Part shown: piece after piece, positions 20,505 to 29,460 of the stretch
How positions within the stretch are numbered: position 1 is the first letter of the stretch
Layout of the letters: every line of letters starts with the position of its first letter
Assembly (NCBI GenBank): GCA_020628935.1
Contig: JAHDEG010000005.1
Span: forward strand, 79,817-143,816
From: Flavobacteriales bacterium
GTDB taxonomy: Bacteria > Bacteroidota > Bacteroidia > Flavobacteriales_G > JALEGO01
Length of the DNA: 64,000 nt
Direction: 5' to 3'
Translations under genes and position numbers: made by a program
The notes under the pieces: generated by a model
Database searches by the model: none
Seen by the model: the letters and a program-made list of their open reading frames with translations, nothing else
What the model was told of the DNA's origin: nothing

Positions 20505-22318
20505 TATTCAAGTGATTTTTTAAAACTTGAAATGTTTGATGCTATTTCATCATAATTATAGGTGTTAACGATAGCTCCGTCTTGTATTTGATAAATGCTG
20601 TCACAGTTTTTTAAGGTTGAAACTCTATGTGAGATTAGAATAGCCATGATGCCTTCCTTCTTAAGGAGTTTAATACTCTCCAATATTTTTTGCTCTGTGC
20701 CAAGGTCTAAAGCACTAGTAGCTTCGTCAAATATAATTAGTTTTGGGTTTTTATACAAAGCTCTTGCGATAGCTACTCTTTGTTTTTGTCCTCCAGAAAG
20801 TTTATCTCCTTTTTCACCTAAAACTTCATGAATTCCATTGCTTAATTGGTTTACTGTTTCAGTAAGTTGAGCAAGTTTGATGGCTGTATTTAGTTTGTTA
20901 TAATCAATATTACTTTCTTCATCAAATGTTATATTAAACCATAGTGGCTCATTCATCATAAATGGTGCTTGTGAAACATAACCAATAGAGTTGCACCATG
21001 AAAATTTGTTGATGTTGTGTAGCTCAATATTATCCAACAAAATTTCGCCACTTTGAGCAACCAACTCTTTTAAAATAATTTTAACAAAGGTAGATTTACC
21101 AGCACCAGATTTTCCTACAATACCTATGTGCTCATTTCCTGATATGTTAAAGCTCAGATTTTTTAAGCCATTGGTTGTCTTAGGGTAAGTGTATGTAACA
21201 TTTGAAAGTGATAAGCGATTAAAATTAATTTTAGAGGTATCTTCTTCTTTCTCTTTTTTAGAGTTAACTTCAATTTTCTTAAGTAAATTATATTCAGCTA
21301 TTATGTCGAATGCATAACTGCTGTTTTTTATATTTAGTAGAGACATATTAATTTTATTTATTCCCGGTATAACCCTGAAAATTGCACCAACAAATAAAGA
21401 AATAGTTTTGATAATTTGTTCGTTATTGCCGTTAAACTGTAGATAAGTTGAGATAAAGAAAATGCTAAGGGCTAAAAAAACCAGCGTTTCAACTATTCTT
21501 GGAGGTAAAATATTTATTGTATTGGTAACAGCTTCATTCGCATTTAATTTGTTTCTAGATTTCATGTATTTGCTTAAAAAATAATTTTCTTTATTATTCA
21601 TGCTTATATCGAGAAAGCCATTTAAGAGGTTAGTTATGTTATAATTTGTTGAATTGTAAACAGCTTCATTTTGTCTGCCGAGTAACTCAAGTTTCTTTTT
21701 TAGTGAGAGATACACAATTAACAGTGCTGGGGCAATCACTAAAACTAGCATTAATAACGAGGAACCATTTAATACTATGATGAATCCAAAAATGCAAAAC
21801 ATGATAATTAGCTCACTAACTATTGAAAAATATGAAAATATACCTCCAAGTGATATGCTAAAAGGATTTATCATTGCGTTTCTCCAAAGTGTTGTGTGAT
21901 CAGTGATGTTAAAGTATAGCAGTCCTCTTTTAAAATATTCTTTAACTACTTGTTCAGATATAGACGAGCCTATTTGATAGCACGATGTGTAAAGGCGTTT
22001 ATTTGCATAAAATAATATAACATTTCTAACTGCCAGGGTAAGTATGCTAATTCCGAAGCTGAAAATAATAAACTTTAATTCTGAAGGCTTATCAACCTGT
22101 AACGATAAATTTAAATTATTAAATACTTCAATTACTTTAGCTGTATTTATGCATAGCATAATTAAGAAGAGTATTATTACTATGCTAACGACTTCAGAAA
22201 CAGCTATTGTTAATACGCTTAATAGAGCTAATACTTTATTCTTTCTTTGACAATGATTGTTGAATATTGCCCAAGACTGCTTGAGAATACTTAAATATTT
22301 GTCTGTGAAATTTTTCAA
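20504..22318 (-). CDS. ABC exporter, fused permease-ATPase half transporter (MsbA/PglK type)
   Basis: 604 aa. N-terminal 6-TM region, Walker A GKSGAGKST, signature LSGGQKQRVAIARAL, Walker B LIIFDEATS. The start is TTG at 22318, with no in-frame ATG nearby. Confidence 0.85.
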   Translation of the reverse strand: MKNFTDKYLSILKQSWAIFNNHCQRKNKVLALLSVLTIAVSEVVSIVIILFLIMLCINTAKVIEVFNNLNLSLQVDKPSELKFIIFSFGISILTLAVRNVILFYANKRLYTSCYQIGSSISEQVVKEYFKRGLLYFNITDHTTLWRNAMINPFSISLGGIFSYFSIVSELIIMFCIFGFIIVLNGSSLLMLVLVIAPALLIVYLSLKKKLELLGRQNEAVYNSTNYNITNLLNGFLDISMNNKENYFLSKYMKSRNKLNANEAVTNTINILPPRIVETLVFLALSIFFISTYLQFNGNNEQIIKTISLFVGAIFRVIPGINKINMSLLNIKNSSYAFDIIAEYNLLKKIEVNSKKEKEEDTSKINFNRLSLSNVTYTYPKTTNGLKNLSFNISGNEHIGIVGKSGAGKSTFVKIILKELVAQSGEILLDNIELHNINKFSWCNSIGYVSQAPFMMNEPLWFNITFDEESNIDYNKLNTAIKLAQLTETVNQLSNGIHEVLGEKGDKLSGGQKQRVAIARALYKNPKLIIFDEATSALDLGTEQKILESIKLLKKEGIMAILISHRVSTLKNCDSIYQIQDGAIVNTYNYDEIASNISSFKKSLE

Positions 22319-22344
22319 TTCAATAATGACTTACAATAGTTTTT

Positions 22345-22352
22345 CAAAGGTA
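22345..22352 (-). promoter_or_regulatory. Candidate Bacteroidota -7 box (TAccTTTG) for the ABC-exporter operon
   Basis: The minus strand reads TACCTTTG, matching TAnnTTTG, 26 nt upstream of the TTG start. Confidence 0.3.
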
Positions 22353-22363
22353 GTTAAAAGTTA

Positions 22364-22371
22364 TACTTTTG
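22364..22371 (+). promoter_or_regulatory. Candidate -7 box (TActTTTG) for the FkbM methyltransferase gene
   Basis: tacttttg matches TAnnTTTG, 82 nt upstream of ATG 22453. Confidence 0.3.
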
Positions 22372-22452
22372 TTACTTATTGACTAGGATAAGGTTTGCTT
22401 ACACATACTTTTTTAAAATAGATTTAGTATTCGATTTAATTTTACAGATTAT

Positions 22453-23187
22453 ATGAAACAATATATAAAAAATAGAATAAGAAAATATTTAAGAGATACC
22501 GGTAGAAAAGTTGTGGCAATTGATCACCATGCTGAGAAACTAGAACCCGTAAAGAATAACTGGCTTAAAAACATCGGCATTGATACCGTGATTGACATTG
22601 GTGGTGCAAGAGGTGGTTTTGCAAAAGAGATTCGGGCCATATTTCCTGATTGTCAGATTTATTCATTTGAGCCTTTAACTAGCTCATTTAAGGTGTTACA
22701 AAATAGTTTCTCAAATGATAAGAAATTTGAGGCATATAATGTTGCATTAACAAATTTTGAAGGTGAAACAACATTTTACGAGTGTGAATTTTCTAACAGT
22801 AGTTCTTTACTTGCTATGAGCGATTTGCACAAACAGGCTTACCCCGAAACAGCAAATAATACGCCTATCAAGGTTAAATGTGATACCTTGGACAGTTTTG
22901 TAAACAACAAAAACATAAAGCTTGGTGAAAAAACGCTCTTAAAAATTGACGTTCAAGGGGCTGAAAAACTGGTTTTAGAAGGAGCGGAAGAAACACTCAA
23001 AAATGTAGATCTTATTTATTCTGAAATTAATTTTAATCAGGTGTATGAAAACGCAGTATCATTTAATGATCTATCTGAGTTTTTATATAAGAGAGGATTT
23101 AAAATTGAAGGAATATCGCACATTGCCCAAAGTACTGTTGATGGAAAATATTTGCAAGGTGATGCTTATTTTAGGAAAATAAAATAA
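22453..23187 (+). CDS. FkbM family methyltransferase
   Basis: 244 aa. IDIGGARGGF SAM motif and the NVALTNFEGETTFYE segment are typical of FkbM-type methyltransferases. Confidence 0.75.
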   Translation: MKQYIKNRIRKYLRDTGRKVVAIDHHAEKLEPVKNNWLKNIGIDTVIDIGGARGGFAKEIRAIFPDCQIYSFEPLTSSFKVLQNSFSNDKKFEAYNVALTNFEGETTFYECEFSNSSSLLAMSDLHKQAYPETANNTPIKVKCDTLDSFVNNKNIKLGEKTLLKIDVQGAEKLVLEGAEETLKNVDLIYSEINFNQVYENAVSFNDLSEFLYKRGFKIEGISHIAQSTVDGKYLQGDAYFRKIK

Positions 23188-23207
23188 GCATTTTTAGACT
23201 TGGTTAT

Positions 23208-23921
23208 TTATTCAGATACTTTTTGAAAAAGGTAATTTGGATTTTTCATAACTAGTTTGTATTTATTATTATCTTCTATCTCTTTCATGTTTTTTACACA
23301 TTCATGAATAGACCCGTCAAAAGTATCATCAAACAAAATAAACCCGCCTTTTTCTAGATGTTTATCTGTGTTTTCAAAATCTCTTTTAGTAAACTCATAT
23401 GTATGATTGCCATCAATAAAGGCGAAACTTATTGGCCCTCCTAAATTAACGGTGTTTTCGAAAATGTCTTTTACTTCTGCTTTTTTGTTCCAAAGTTCAA
23501 AAAAATCGTCAGAGAATTGTTCAATAGGATGGATTTTGCTATTGGGACTAAAAAACGCAATGTTTCTTTTAAAGCTTTCTTTAACAAATGAGCTATAATC
23601 TTTTGATTTGATTTTTGTATCTCCTAAAAAACTTTTTTCACTTCCTTCAAATACCCATTTGTCAGCACAAAAAAACTTGTTGTTTCTCCCATGCTTTTCA
23701 GCATAATAATAAATTATGTTTGTTGATAAACCACAAAAAGATCCAATTTCTAAAAAAGGGCTGTCTGATTTTAGGTTTTTCATTACGTAATCAATGCAAT
23801 AAATATTTCCTTTTTCTAACATTCCTGCATTAGCAAAGCTTAACCAGTCGATATATTCATCTTTTACAATTTTACTTGGATTTAATGTCTTTTTTACCTT
23901 ATTAAGTACCTTCGTTAGCAT
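23208..23921 (-). CDS. Class I SAM-dependent (TylF/O-methyltransferase-like) methyltransferase
   Basis: FLEIGSFCGLST motif I, AFIDGNHTYE and GGFILFDD motifs. Confidence 0.65.
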   Translation of the reverse strand: MLTKVLNKVKKTLNPSKIVKDEYIDWLSFANAGMLEKGNIYCIDYVMKNLKSDSPFLEIGSFCGLSTNIIYYYAEKHGRNNKFFCADKWVFEGSEKSFLGDTKIKSKDYSSFVKESFKRNIAFFSPNSKIHPIEQFSDDFFELWNKKAEVKDIFENTVNLGGPISFAFIDGNHTYEFTKRDFENTDKHLEKGGFILFDDTFDGSIHECVKNMKEIEDNNKYKLVMKNPNYLFQKVSE

Positions 23922-24123
23922 TTAGCAAATCTAATGAATTTGTATTGTAAATAATTTATCTTACTGTAAGAGATTAGTTATTTAATGCGTTAGAGATTGT
24001 AATGGATACCCTGCAATGAGCTCTTGCGAAATGAAGCGTATGAATGTAAAGCTCGGCCACAACTTTTGTTGTGGACACGCCCAAATTATCTTCTTTACTT
24101 TTTAATTACTGAGAACCATCTAG

Positions 24124-24131
24124 TATCTTTG
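24124..24131 (+). promoter_or_regulatory. Candidate -7 box (TAtcTTTG) for ybaB-queE
   Basis: tatctttg matches TAnnTTTG, 16 nt upstream of ATG 24148. Confidence 0.4.
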
Positions 24132-24147
24132 TATAAAATTATAAGAT

Positions 24148-24471
24148 ATGTTTGGGAAGTTAGGTGATGTGACCAAAATGATGGGGCAGCTTAAGGATAT
24201 GCAGAAGCAGATGGAGGATATGAAAACGAAGCTGTCTAATATTACTGTTGAAGGATCTAGTAATGAAAATGAAATTAAAGTTCGTTTTAATGGAAATAGG
24301 GAATTAGTTGGTGTTGTATTGTCCGAAGATTTCGAGCAATTTTCGTTAAATGATAAAGAAACTGCAATAGGTTTGGCTATTCAGAGAGGTTTAGAAAAAG
24401 CAGAGCAAGTAAATGAATCTGAAATGAAAAGTGCTGCACCTTCGATGATGCCAGGAATGTTTGGTAAGTAA
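24148..24471 (+). CDS. ybaB: YbaB/EbfC family nucleoid-associated protein
   Basis: 107 aa. MFGKLGDVTKMMGQLKDMQKQMEDMK...ITVEGSS..NEIKVRFNGNRELVGV is the characteristic YbaB pattern. Confidence 0.85.
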   Translation: MFGKLGDVTKMMGQLKDMQKQMEDMKTKLSNITVEGSSNENEIKVRFNGNRELVGVVLSEDFEQFSLNDKETAIGLAIQRGLEKAEQVNESEMKSAAPSMMPGMFGK

Positions 24472-25118
24472 TGAAGGCTATCAAACTAAAGTCTGAAGTA
24501 GGTTTTTCAAAAACTGATGGTACATTTTTGCCTGTTATGGAGCGTTTTTATACTATACAGGGGGAAGGACAGTTTTCTGGTAATGCCGCTTATTTTATTA
24601 GATTAGCTGGCTGTGATGTTGGTTGTTCTTGGTGTGATGTAAAAGAAAGTTGGACAATTTCAGACGAACAATGGTTTTCTGTTGAATCTATTATTGATGA
24701 GCTAACATCTTGTAAAGCCGATATTGTTGTTATTACAGGAGGAGAGCCTGCAATGTACGATTTAACTGCTTTAACTAAAGCAATTCATAAAATTGGAAAG
24801 CGTACGCATATTGAAACTTCTGGAGCATATGAAATAATGGGTGATTGGGATTGGATAACCTTATCCCCTAAAAAATTTAAAAATCCACTACTTTCTTCTT
24901 TAAAAATAGCAAACGAACTGAAAGTTGTTGTTTTAAATAACCACGATTTTTTTTGGGCTAAAGATAATGCTCAATATGTTTCTGATACGTGTAAATTATT
25001 ACTACAACCAGAGTGGGAGAAACGAGCGTTAATTATGCCTAAAATTGTTGATTTTGTAAAGGATAACCCAACATGGCAGGCATCTTTACAAACGCATAAG
25101 TACTTGAATGTGCCTTGA
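24471..25118 (+). CDS. queE: 7-carboxy-7-deazaguanine synthase (radical SAM)
   Basis: FYTIQGEGQFSGNAAYFIRLAGCDVGCSWCD (CxxxCxxC-type cluster motif of QueE). 215 aa. ATGA-type overlap with the ybaB stop. Confidence 0.85.
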   Translation: MKAIKLKSEVGFSKTDGTFLPVMERFYTIQGEGQFSGNAAYFIRLAGCDVGCSWCDVKESWTISDEQWFSVESIIDELTSCKADIVVITGGEPAMYDLTALTKAIHKIGKRTHIETSGAYEIMGDWDWITLSPKKFKNPLLSSLKIANELKVVVLNNHDFFWAKDNAQYVSDTCKLLLQPEWEKRALIMPKIVDFVKDNPTWQASLQTHKYLNVP

Positions 25119-25203
25119 GATTGTTTAAGTGCTTAGATGTTTGTTTCCTGACTTGCTAAATTAGTCGTTTTATGCTTTTGTCTTTAATCCCTGGCTTGTT
25201 GTT

Positions 25204-25242
25204 CTTTGGCTTGAACCAAAGAACCAAAGTTCAAGTCTTACA
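25204..25242 (+). repeat. Hairpin motif H1 (covariant copy)
   Basis: ctttgg-cttgaa-ccaaag-aa-ccaaag-ttcaag-tcttaca. Both the cttgaa/ttcaag and ctttgg/ccaaag arms are changed in a compensatory way relative to H2. Confidence 0.8.
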
Positions 25243-25411
25243 TTTATTTCAAAGAATTGCTATTTAATCTTCTTGCTTTTACGCATCCAGACTCGCTTTG
25301 CTCAAACAGTGGATGCTTACGCGATGGCTTTCGCTAAAGAATAATAAATGCAATTCTAGTTGAAATTACTGATGGCCGGTTTTGATATTGTAAGGAGTGG
25401 TGTTTTATCTT

Positions 25412-25453
25412 CTTTTGTCTTGATACAAAAGAAACAAAAGATCAAGTCTTACA
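25412..25453 (+). repeat. Hairpin motif H2 (consensus-like copy)
   Basis: cttttgt-cttgat-acaaaag-aa-acaaaag-atcaag-tcttaca. Confidence 0.8.
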
Positions 25454-25651
25454 ATAATAACTACGTTATTTCTCTCAAATCATAAGTTCGGATAACGGAT
25501 CTCTGAAGCAATTTCAGAGCTAGTTATTCTCTCTAATGTTTTGCTTCAAAATGAACCTAGTTATTCTTTAAGGACAGGTTTTGCTGGACGCTCTAGTTTG
25601 GTAAGAGTTATTGATTGAATTTTTGGTTAATGAAGAGTTTGATTAGATTAT

Positions 25652-25693
25652 CTTTTGCCTTAATATAAAAGAAACAAAAGATCAAGTTTTGAC
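25652..25693 (+). repeat. Hairpin motif H3 (slightly degenerate)
   Basis: cttttgc-cttaat-ataaaag-aa-acaaaag-atcaag-ttttgac. One mismatch in the outer stem. Confidence 0.7.
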
Positions 25694-25723
25694 TACAAAT
25701 AACAGTTTATTATTGCTGATAGT

Positions 25724-26173
25724 TTAACTAAAATCTTTAGGGTATTCGGAAAGTTTGAATTGTCTACTGGTTTCTTCGTTGTCTATTTTGTTGATTTCTA
25801 ATAGAAGAAATTCATTAGGTAAATAAGATTCCAATATTTCGGGCCACTCTACTAAACATAGGTTGCCGGAATCTAAATAATCATACCAACCCATATCTAA
25901 AGCTTCTTCTGGTTTGTTTAGTCGGTATAAATCGAAATGAAATATGGATGAGTTTTCTGGAGTTTTGTATTCGTTTACAAGCGTGTATGTTGGGCTTGAT
26001 ACATCTTCTTTAACTCCTAGGCTTTCTAACAATTTCTTGGTAAAGGTCGTTTTCCCTGTGCCCAGATCTCCTTTTAATAATATTACTTGATATTTAGGAG
26101 TGTAATGTTGTTTTACTCGATTTACAACTTTACTTAACTCATTTGTATTTGCAATATTTATTGTTTCTGACAT
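25724..26173 (-). CDS. tsaE: tRNA threonylcarbamoyladenosine (t6A) biosynthesis ATPase TsaE
   Basis: 149 aa. LKGDLGTGKTTFTK P-loop followed by SPTYTLVNEY and FHFDLYRL motifs. Confidence 0.85.
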   Translation of the reverse strand: MSETINIANTNELSKVVNRVKQHYTPKYQVILLKGDLGTGKTTFTKKLLESLGVKEDVSSPTYTLVNEYKTPENSSIFHFDLYRLNKPEEALDMGWYDYLDSGNLCLVEWPEILESYLPNEFLLLEINKIDNEETSRQFKLSEYPKDFS

Positions 26174-26174
26174 T

Positions 26175-26876
26175 CTAGAAAATTCCTAATTCTAAACCCG
26201 CTTGAAATTTAGGTACATCGTTATACCCAAAGGAATCTTTGATTAATTTAGAAGCTCTGTATTTCCCGTATAATGAAAATCTCTTATAGCCTATTCTTAC
26301 TAATGCACCATACTCAATATTGTCGATATATTTTACCCCTTTATTAATTACGTCTGTACTTGTTGTATTAGTTACAAAATTCTCGTTTTTGTAGCTATGT
26401 GTACGGGCTAAATTATATCCTCCATATAATCCTAAATCTACATATGTTTTAATCATATTGCCTCTTCTACCAATATTTATACGATTAAACCACTGCAATT
26501 GAATTGCATTAGTCATTATGTTCTCTTTGTCATGTAATGTTTGATTTGGTAATAGCTTAAGCGAATCTTGACGTAAGGAATAGCTATTGAAATTATAAAG
26601 CAATGTATATCCCATATCATAAAATGAGGTTAGTTTTCTTTTAAATTGATACCCGATACCAAACTCATAAGATTTTACAAAATTAATATTTGAACCAGCT
26701 AGATTTTCGCCTAGAGTTACCCCATACTTGAGAAGCATATGCGAGAATTTTTTGCCATTTTGACCATTTTCAACAGGCAACGTATCTATATATACTTGTT
26801 CATCTAATAAAATTTCTTGAGCGTTGGAGAAATTTATTGTAAAAGCCAATAATGATAATAAAGCTATTTTTTTCAT
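26175..26876 (-). CDS. Putative outer-membrane beta-barrel protein
   Basis: 233 aa with signal peptide MKKIALLSLLAFTINFSNAQ. Alternating beta-strand-like pattern and a terminal aromatic residue (LELGIF). Confidence 0.55.
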   Translation of the reverse strand: MKKIALLSLLAFTINFSNAQEILLDEQVYIDTLPVENGQNGKKFSHMLLKYGVTLGENLAGSNINFVKSYEFGIGYQFKRKLTSFYDMGYTLLYNFNSYSLRQDSLKLLPNQTLHDKENIMTNAIQLQWFNRINIGRRGNMIKTYVDLGLYGGYNLARTHSYKNENFVTNTTSTDVINKGVKYIDNIEYGALVRIGYKRFSLYGKYRASKLIKDSFGYNDVPKFQAGLELGIF

Positions 26877-26877
26877 A

Positions 26878-28503
26878 TCAAATTTTTATTTCTTTAGTGA
26901 TTCCGTTTATGTGAAAGCGAATAGTATCTCCTTTGGTATAGTCGCTTCTAAAATATTGCAGCGGCTTTACTTCAGATATTTTTATAACATTATATTCTTT
27001 TATAAATCCTGTAGAATCAGAAATGTGTGTGTAAAGTAAATTTTGCATATAGGCTTGTTCTACAGCTTCATTTAGGTTGCTAATTTCTGACTCGAAGGTT
27101 ATTAATGCGGAGTCTACAACAATTGAGATTATACCTTCTTTATCTGTAATAGCAAAAATATTCTCGTCTGTTTCTTTACTTCCGGTTTTTGTAAAGTAGG
27201 ATGCTTTAGGTATTCCAAACCCATGTGCATAATCATAGTAAGGATATAGGTTAGATGATTTTTGGAGTTCGTCAAACAACTGCATGTTTGTTAATGTTTT
27301 ATTACTTTGCCATGCACAAGCTGCAAAACCAGCTACAAGTGGTGATGCGAACGAAGTGCCATATGTTTCAGAAATGTTTGTTTTGTTTGCTGCTACTACA
27401 TGACCTAATGCACTTACGTTTGGCTTCATTTGCTTTTTGGTATTTGGTCCATAAGAACTAAAGTTAATGTGATAACCTGAGTAAGGGTTTATACCACCTA
27501 CACTTAAAACACTATCTACATCTGCTGGTGTACCAATTATCTTCCATTTATCTGTGCCGCTATTGCCAGCTGCATTTACAACTAATATTCCTTTTCTTGC
27601 TGCTATGCGAGCGGCTTGTGCAACTAAGCTTGTTTCACCGTTCATATCTCTTGTAAAATATCGGTCTTTTGTATAACCTAATGAGCTGTTTATAATTTGT
27701 GCTCCATTTTTATCGGCCCATTCTACGGCTAATAACCAGTCTTTTTCTTCAGAGAATGGTTCTAACAGAGATCTTTCGGTTCTTGCTAGTAAAAACTCTG
27801 CTTCGGTAGCTAGTCCGATTTGTTTTCCTTCATAAATACCTGCAATGCATGATAATACTGATGTACCATGACTTGAGTAATCGTATACATGCTTTTTGTT
27901 TTTTACAAAATCATATGTGTCAATAATTTGATTATTTGCTCGTAAATGATTGAAAGCAGGATGAACATCTACATTTGGGAAGCCAGCGTCAAAAATGGCT
28001 ATTCTTATTCCTTTACCTTTTAAATTGGCATTTTTAAATTCTTTTGCCTCTAAAGTTGATAACTGTTGCTCTAATATAAATGAGTCGTAACTAGGCTCAA
28101 TATACTCATCTTTACTTCCTGCTAGTGTTCTTAATTCCCTATTTGGTGTTGATATGTTTTTTACAAAAGGGAATTGACTTATGGTTTCAATTTGTTGATC
28201 ATCCGCTTTTATAAAGACTACGTTTAACCAACGACTTTCCCCCTCAAAATTAGTACAGTTTTCTTTTATTGCTTTAATGTATTGTTCATTTAAAGGGAAA
28301 TCTGTTGGGTGGCTCAGAGGAATACCTGCGTTTTCTCTTCTTTCAATTGCCTTAACATCAAAGTAATTGTAAGGGTTAAAGGTTACTCCTTTTTTGTCTT
28401 TAAAAAAAACATGGTAAGAGTTTATTTGTGCATATGCAGTTATTGTGCAGAAAAAGAGTAGAAAAGAAAGTAGTTTTTTCACTTTATTAAAATTGAAATG
28501 CAA
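26878..28503 (-). CDS. S8 family (subtilisin-like) serine peptidase
   Basis: 541 aa with signal peptide. Catalytic motifs AIFDAGF (Asp), HGTSVLS (His), GTSFASPLVAG (Ser). Confidence 0.85.
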   Translation of the reverse strand: MHFNFNKVKKLLSFLLFFCTITAYAQINSYHVFFKDKKGVTFNPYNYFDVKAIERRENAGIPLSHPTDFPLNEQYIKAIKENCTNFEGESRWLNVVFIKADDQQIETISQFPFVKNISTPNRELRTLAGSKDEYIEPSYDSFILEQQLSTLEAKEFKNANLKGKGIRIAIFDAGFPNVDVHPAFNHLRANNQIIDTYDFVKNKKHVYDYSSHGTSVLSCIAGIYEGKQIGLATEAEFLLARTERSLLEPFSEEKDWLLAVEWADKNGAQIINSSLGYTKDRYFTRDMNGETSLVAQAARIAARKGILVVNAAGNSGTDKWKIIGTPADVDSVLSVGGINPYSGYHINFSSYGPNTKKQMKPNVSALGHVVAANKTNISETYGTSFASPLVAGFAACAWQSNKTLTNMQLFDELQKSSNLYPYYDYAHGFGIPKASYFTKTGSKETDENIFAITDKEGIISIVVDSALITFESEISNLNEAVEQAYMQNLLYTHISDSTGFIKEYNVIKISEVKPLQYFRSDYTKGDTIRFHINGITKEIKI

Positions 28504-28580
28504 ATGTCGTTATTTTTTTTGTTTTAACTTAAGCGACTTTTATAATGATAGATGTTGATTTGCAACTTAAATTTTCTGCT

Positions 28581-28925
28581 CTAACGGCCTGCTGTTATCT
28601 CAATGTGCGTGTAATATTGAAGTATTTTATCTAAATATTCTTTTGTTTCTTCAACCGATTTGGAATAAATGACGTTAAATGGGATTTCCCAGTTTTCATT
28701 TTGAATTATATAAATTCTAAATTCTCCTTGGTTAGTTTTAATGTTTCCGTACCAGCCTAGGTCGATAATGATGTTTTCTTTAGGGAATTCACATTGTAGT
28801 AAATCTTCATTTAAATATTTTATACTTTCAGTTTCACTAAATGAATTTAAAGGATCATAATCATAAAAATCGTGATTCATGACTTTGCAGTCTACTGGAA
28901 AGTTCATTTTTTGAAGTTGTGCCAT
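28581..28925 (-). CDS. Hypothetical small protein (114 aa)
   Basis: The track ORF extends to 29051, but its first 42 codons overlap repeat motif H4. An internal ATG at 28925 (MAQLQKMNFPVD...) is more plausible. No recognisable motif. Confidence 0.45.
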   Translation of the reverse strand: MAQLQKMNFPVDCKVMNHDFYDYDPLNSFSETESIKYLNEDLLQCEFPKENIIIDLGWYGNIKTNQGEFRIYIIQNENWEIPFNVIYSKSVEETKEYLDKILQYYTHIEITAGR

Positions 28926-29016
28926 TTTGTTATTGTAGGTGTTTAGCAAATATAGGTATTGCTGATTGTTAAGTGTAGTGATCTTTTTTGTGAATAAGGA
29001 ATGGTGTTTTGTTGTT

Positions 29017-29059
29017 CTTTTGCCTTGATGCAAAATGAAACAAAAAATCAAGGCTTACA
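29017..29059 (+). repeat. Hairpin motif H4
   Basis: cttttg-ccttgat-gcaaaatg-aa-acaaaaa-atcaagg-cttaca. The outer stem is extended to 8 bp (gccttgat/atcaaggc). Confidence 0.75.
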
Positions 29060-29230
29060 TTCATTTCAAAGAATTGCTATTTAATTTTCTTACCTCTACG
29101 TATCCCAACTCGCTTTGCTCAAACAGTGGATGCTTTCGCGCTGCTCCCTCGCTTTAAGAATATTAAATGCAATGCTAGTTAAAACAACTGAAGGACGGTT
29201 TTGATGTTGTAAGGAATGGTGTTTTATGTT

Positions 29231-29273
29231 TTTTTTCCTTGATCCAAAACGAACCAAAAGATCAAGTCTTGCA
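29231..29273 (+). repeat. Hairpin motif H5
   Basis: ttttttc-cttgat-ccaaaac-ga-accaaaag-atcaag-tcttgca. Confidence 0.7.
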
Positions 29274-29460
29274 ATAATAATTAGGTTATTTCTCTCAAAT
29301 CATAAGTTCGGATAACGGATCTCTGAAACAAGTTCAGAGCTAGTTATTCTCTCTAATGTTTTGCTTCGTAACCAACCTAATTATTCTTGAAGGACAGTTT
29401 TTGTTGAAATCCTCAGTTTGTTTATTGAATTTTGAGAAAATGAAAGGTTTTATTTATTGT

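Larger units (their letters stand above)
25174..25693. repeat. Noncoding modular repeat array A: (truncated H0)-H1-moduleX-H2-moduleY-H3
   Basis: No ORF. Three full copies of the ~42-nt hairpin motif H alternate with modules X (25243-25390) and Y (25454-25640). X and Y recur in the same order and orientation at 29060-29215 and 29274-29450. Confidence 0.85.

Noticed and set aside
16572-22318. AsnB homolog plus MsbA-like ABC exporter, considered as a lasso-peptide (C cyclase plus D exporter) cluster
   Set aside because: The AsnB homolog keeps the MCGILG catalytic Cys2 glutaminase N-terminus, which is typical of true amidotransferases and usually absent from lasso cyclases. No B-protein, RRE or precursor peptide ORF is evident. 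The neighbours are glycosyltransferases, an epimerase and methyltransferases.
23990-24110. SRP RNA or preQ1 riboswitch upstream of ybaB-queE
   Set aside because: I found no SRP domain IV signature (GNAR tetraloop closed by a stem, with flanking AGG/AGCA loops). I also found no preQ1-I type hairpin plus A-rich tail. It is kept only as a low-interest GC-rich hairpin region.
25724-29051. Four-gene block flanked by direct repeats, considered as a mobile element or genomic island
   Set aside because: There is no integrase, transposase or tRNA target. The block contains the essential housekeeping gene tsaE. Its composition is not visibly different from the surrounding sequence.
28926-29051. N-terminal 42 codons of track ORF 28581..29051
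   Set aside because: This extension (MIFCFILHQGKRTTKHH...) is simply the translation of repeat motif H4 and its flank. The internal ATG at 28925 gives a more plausible protein.
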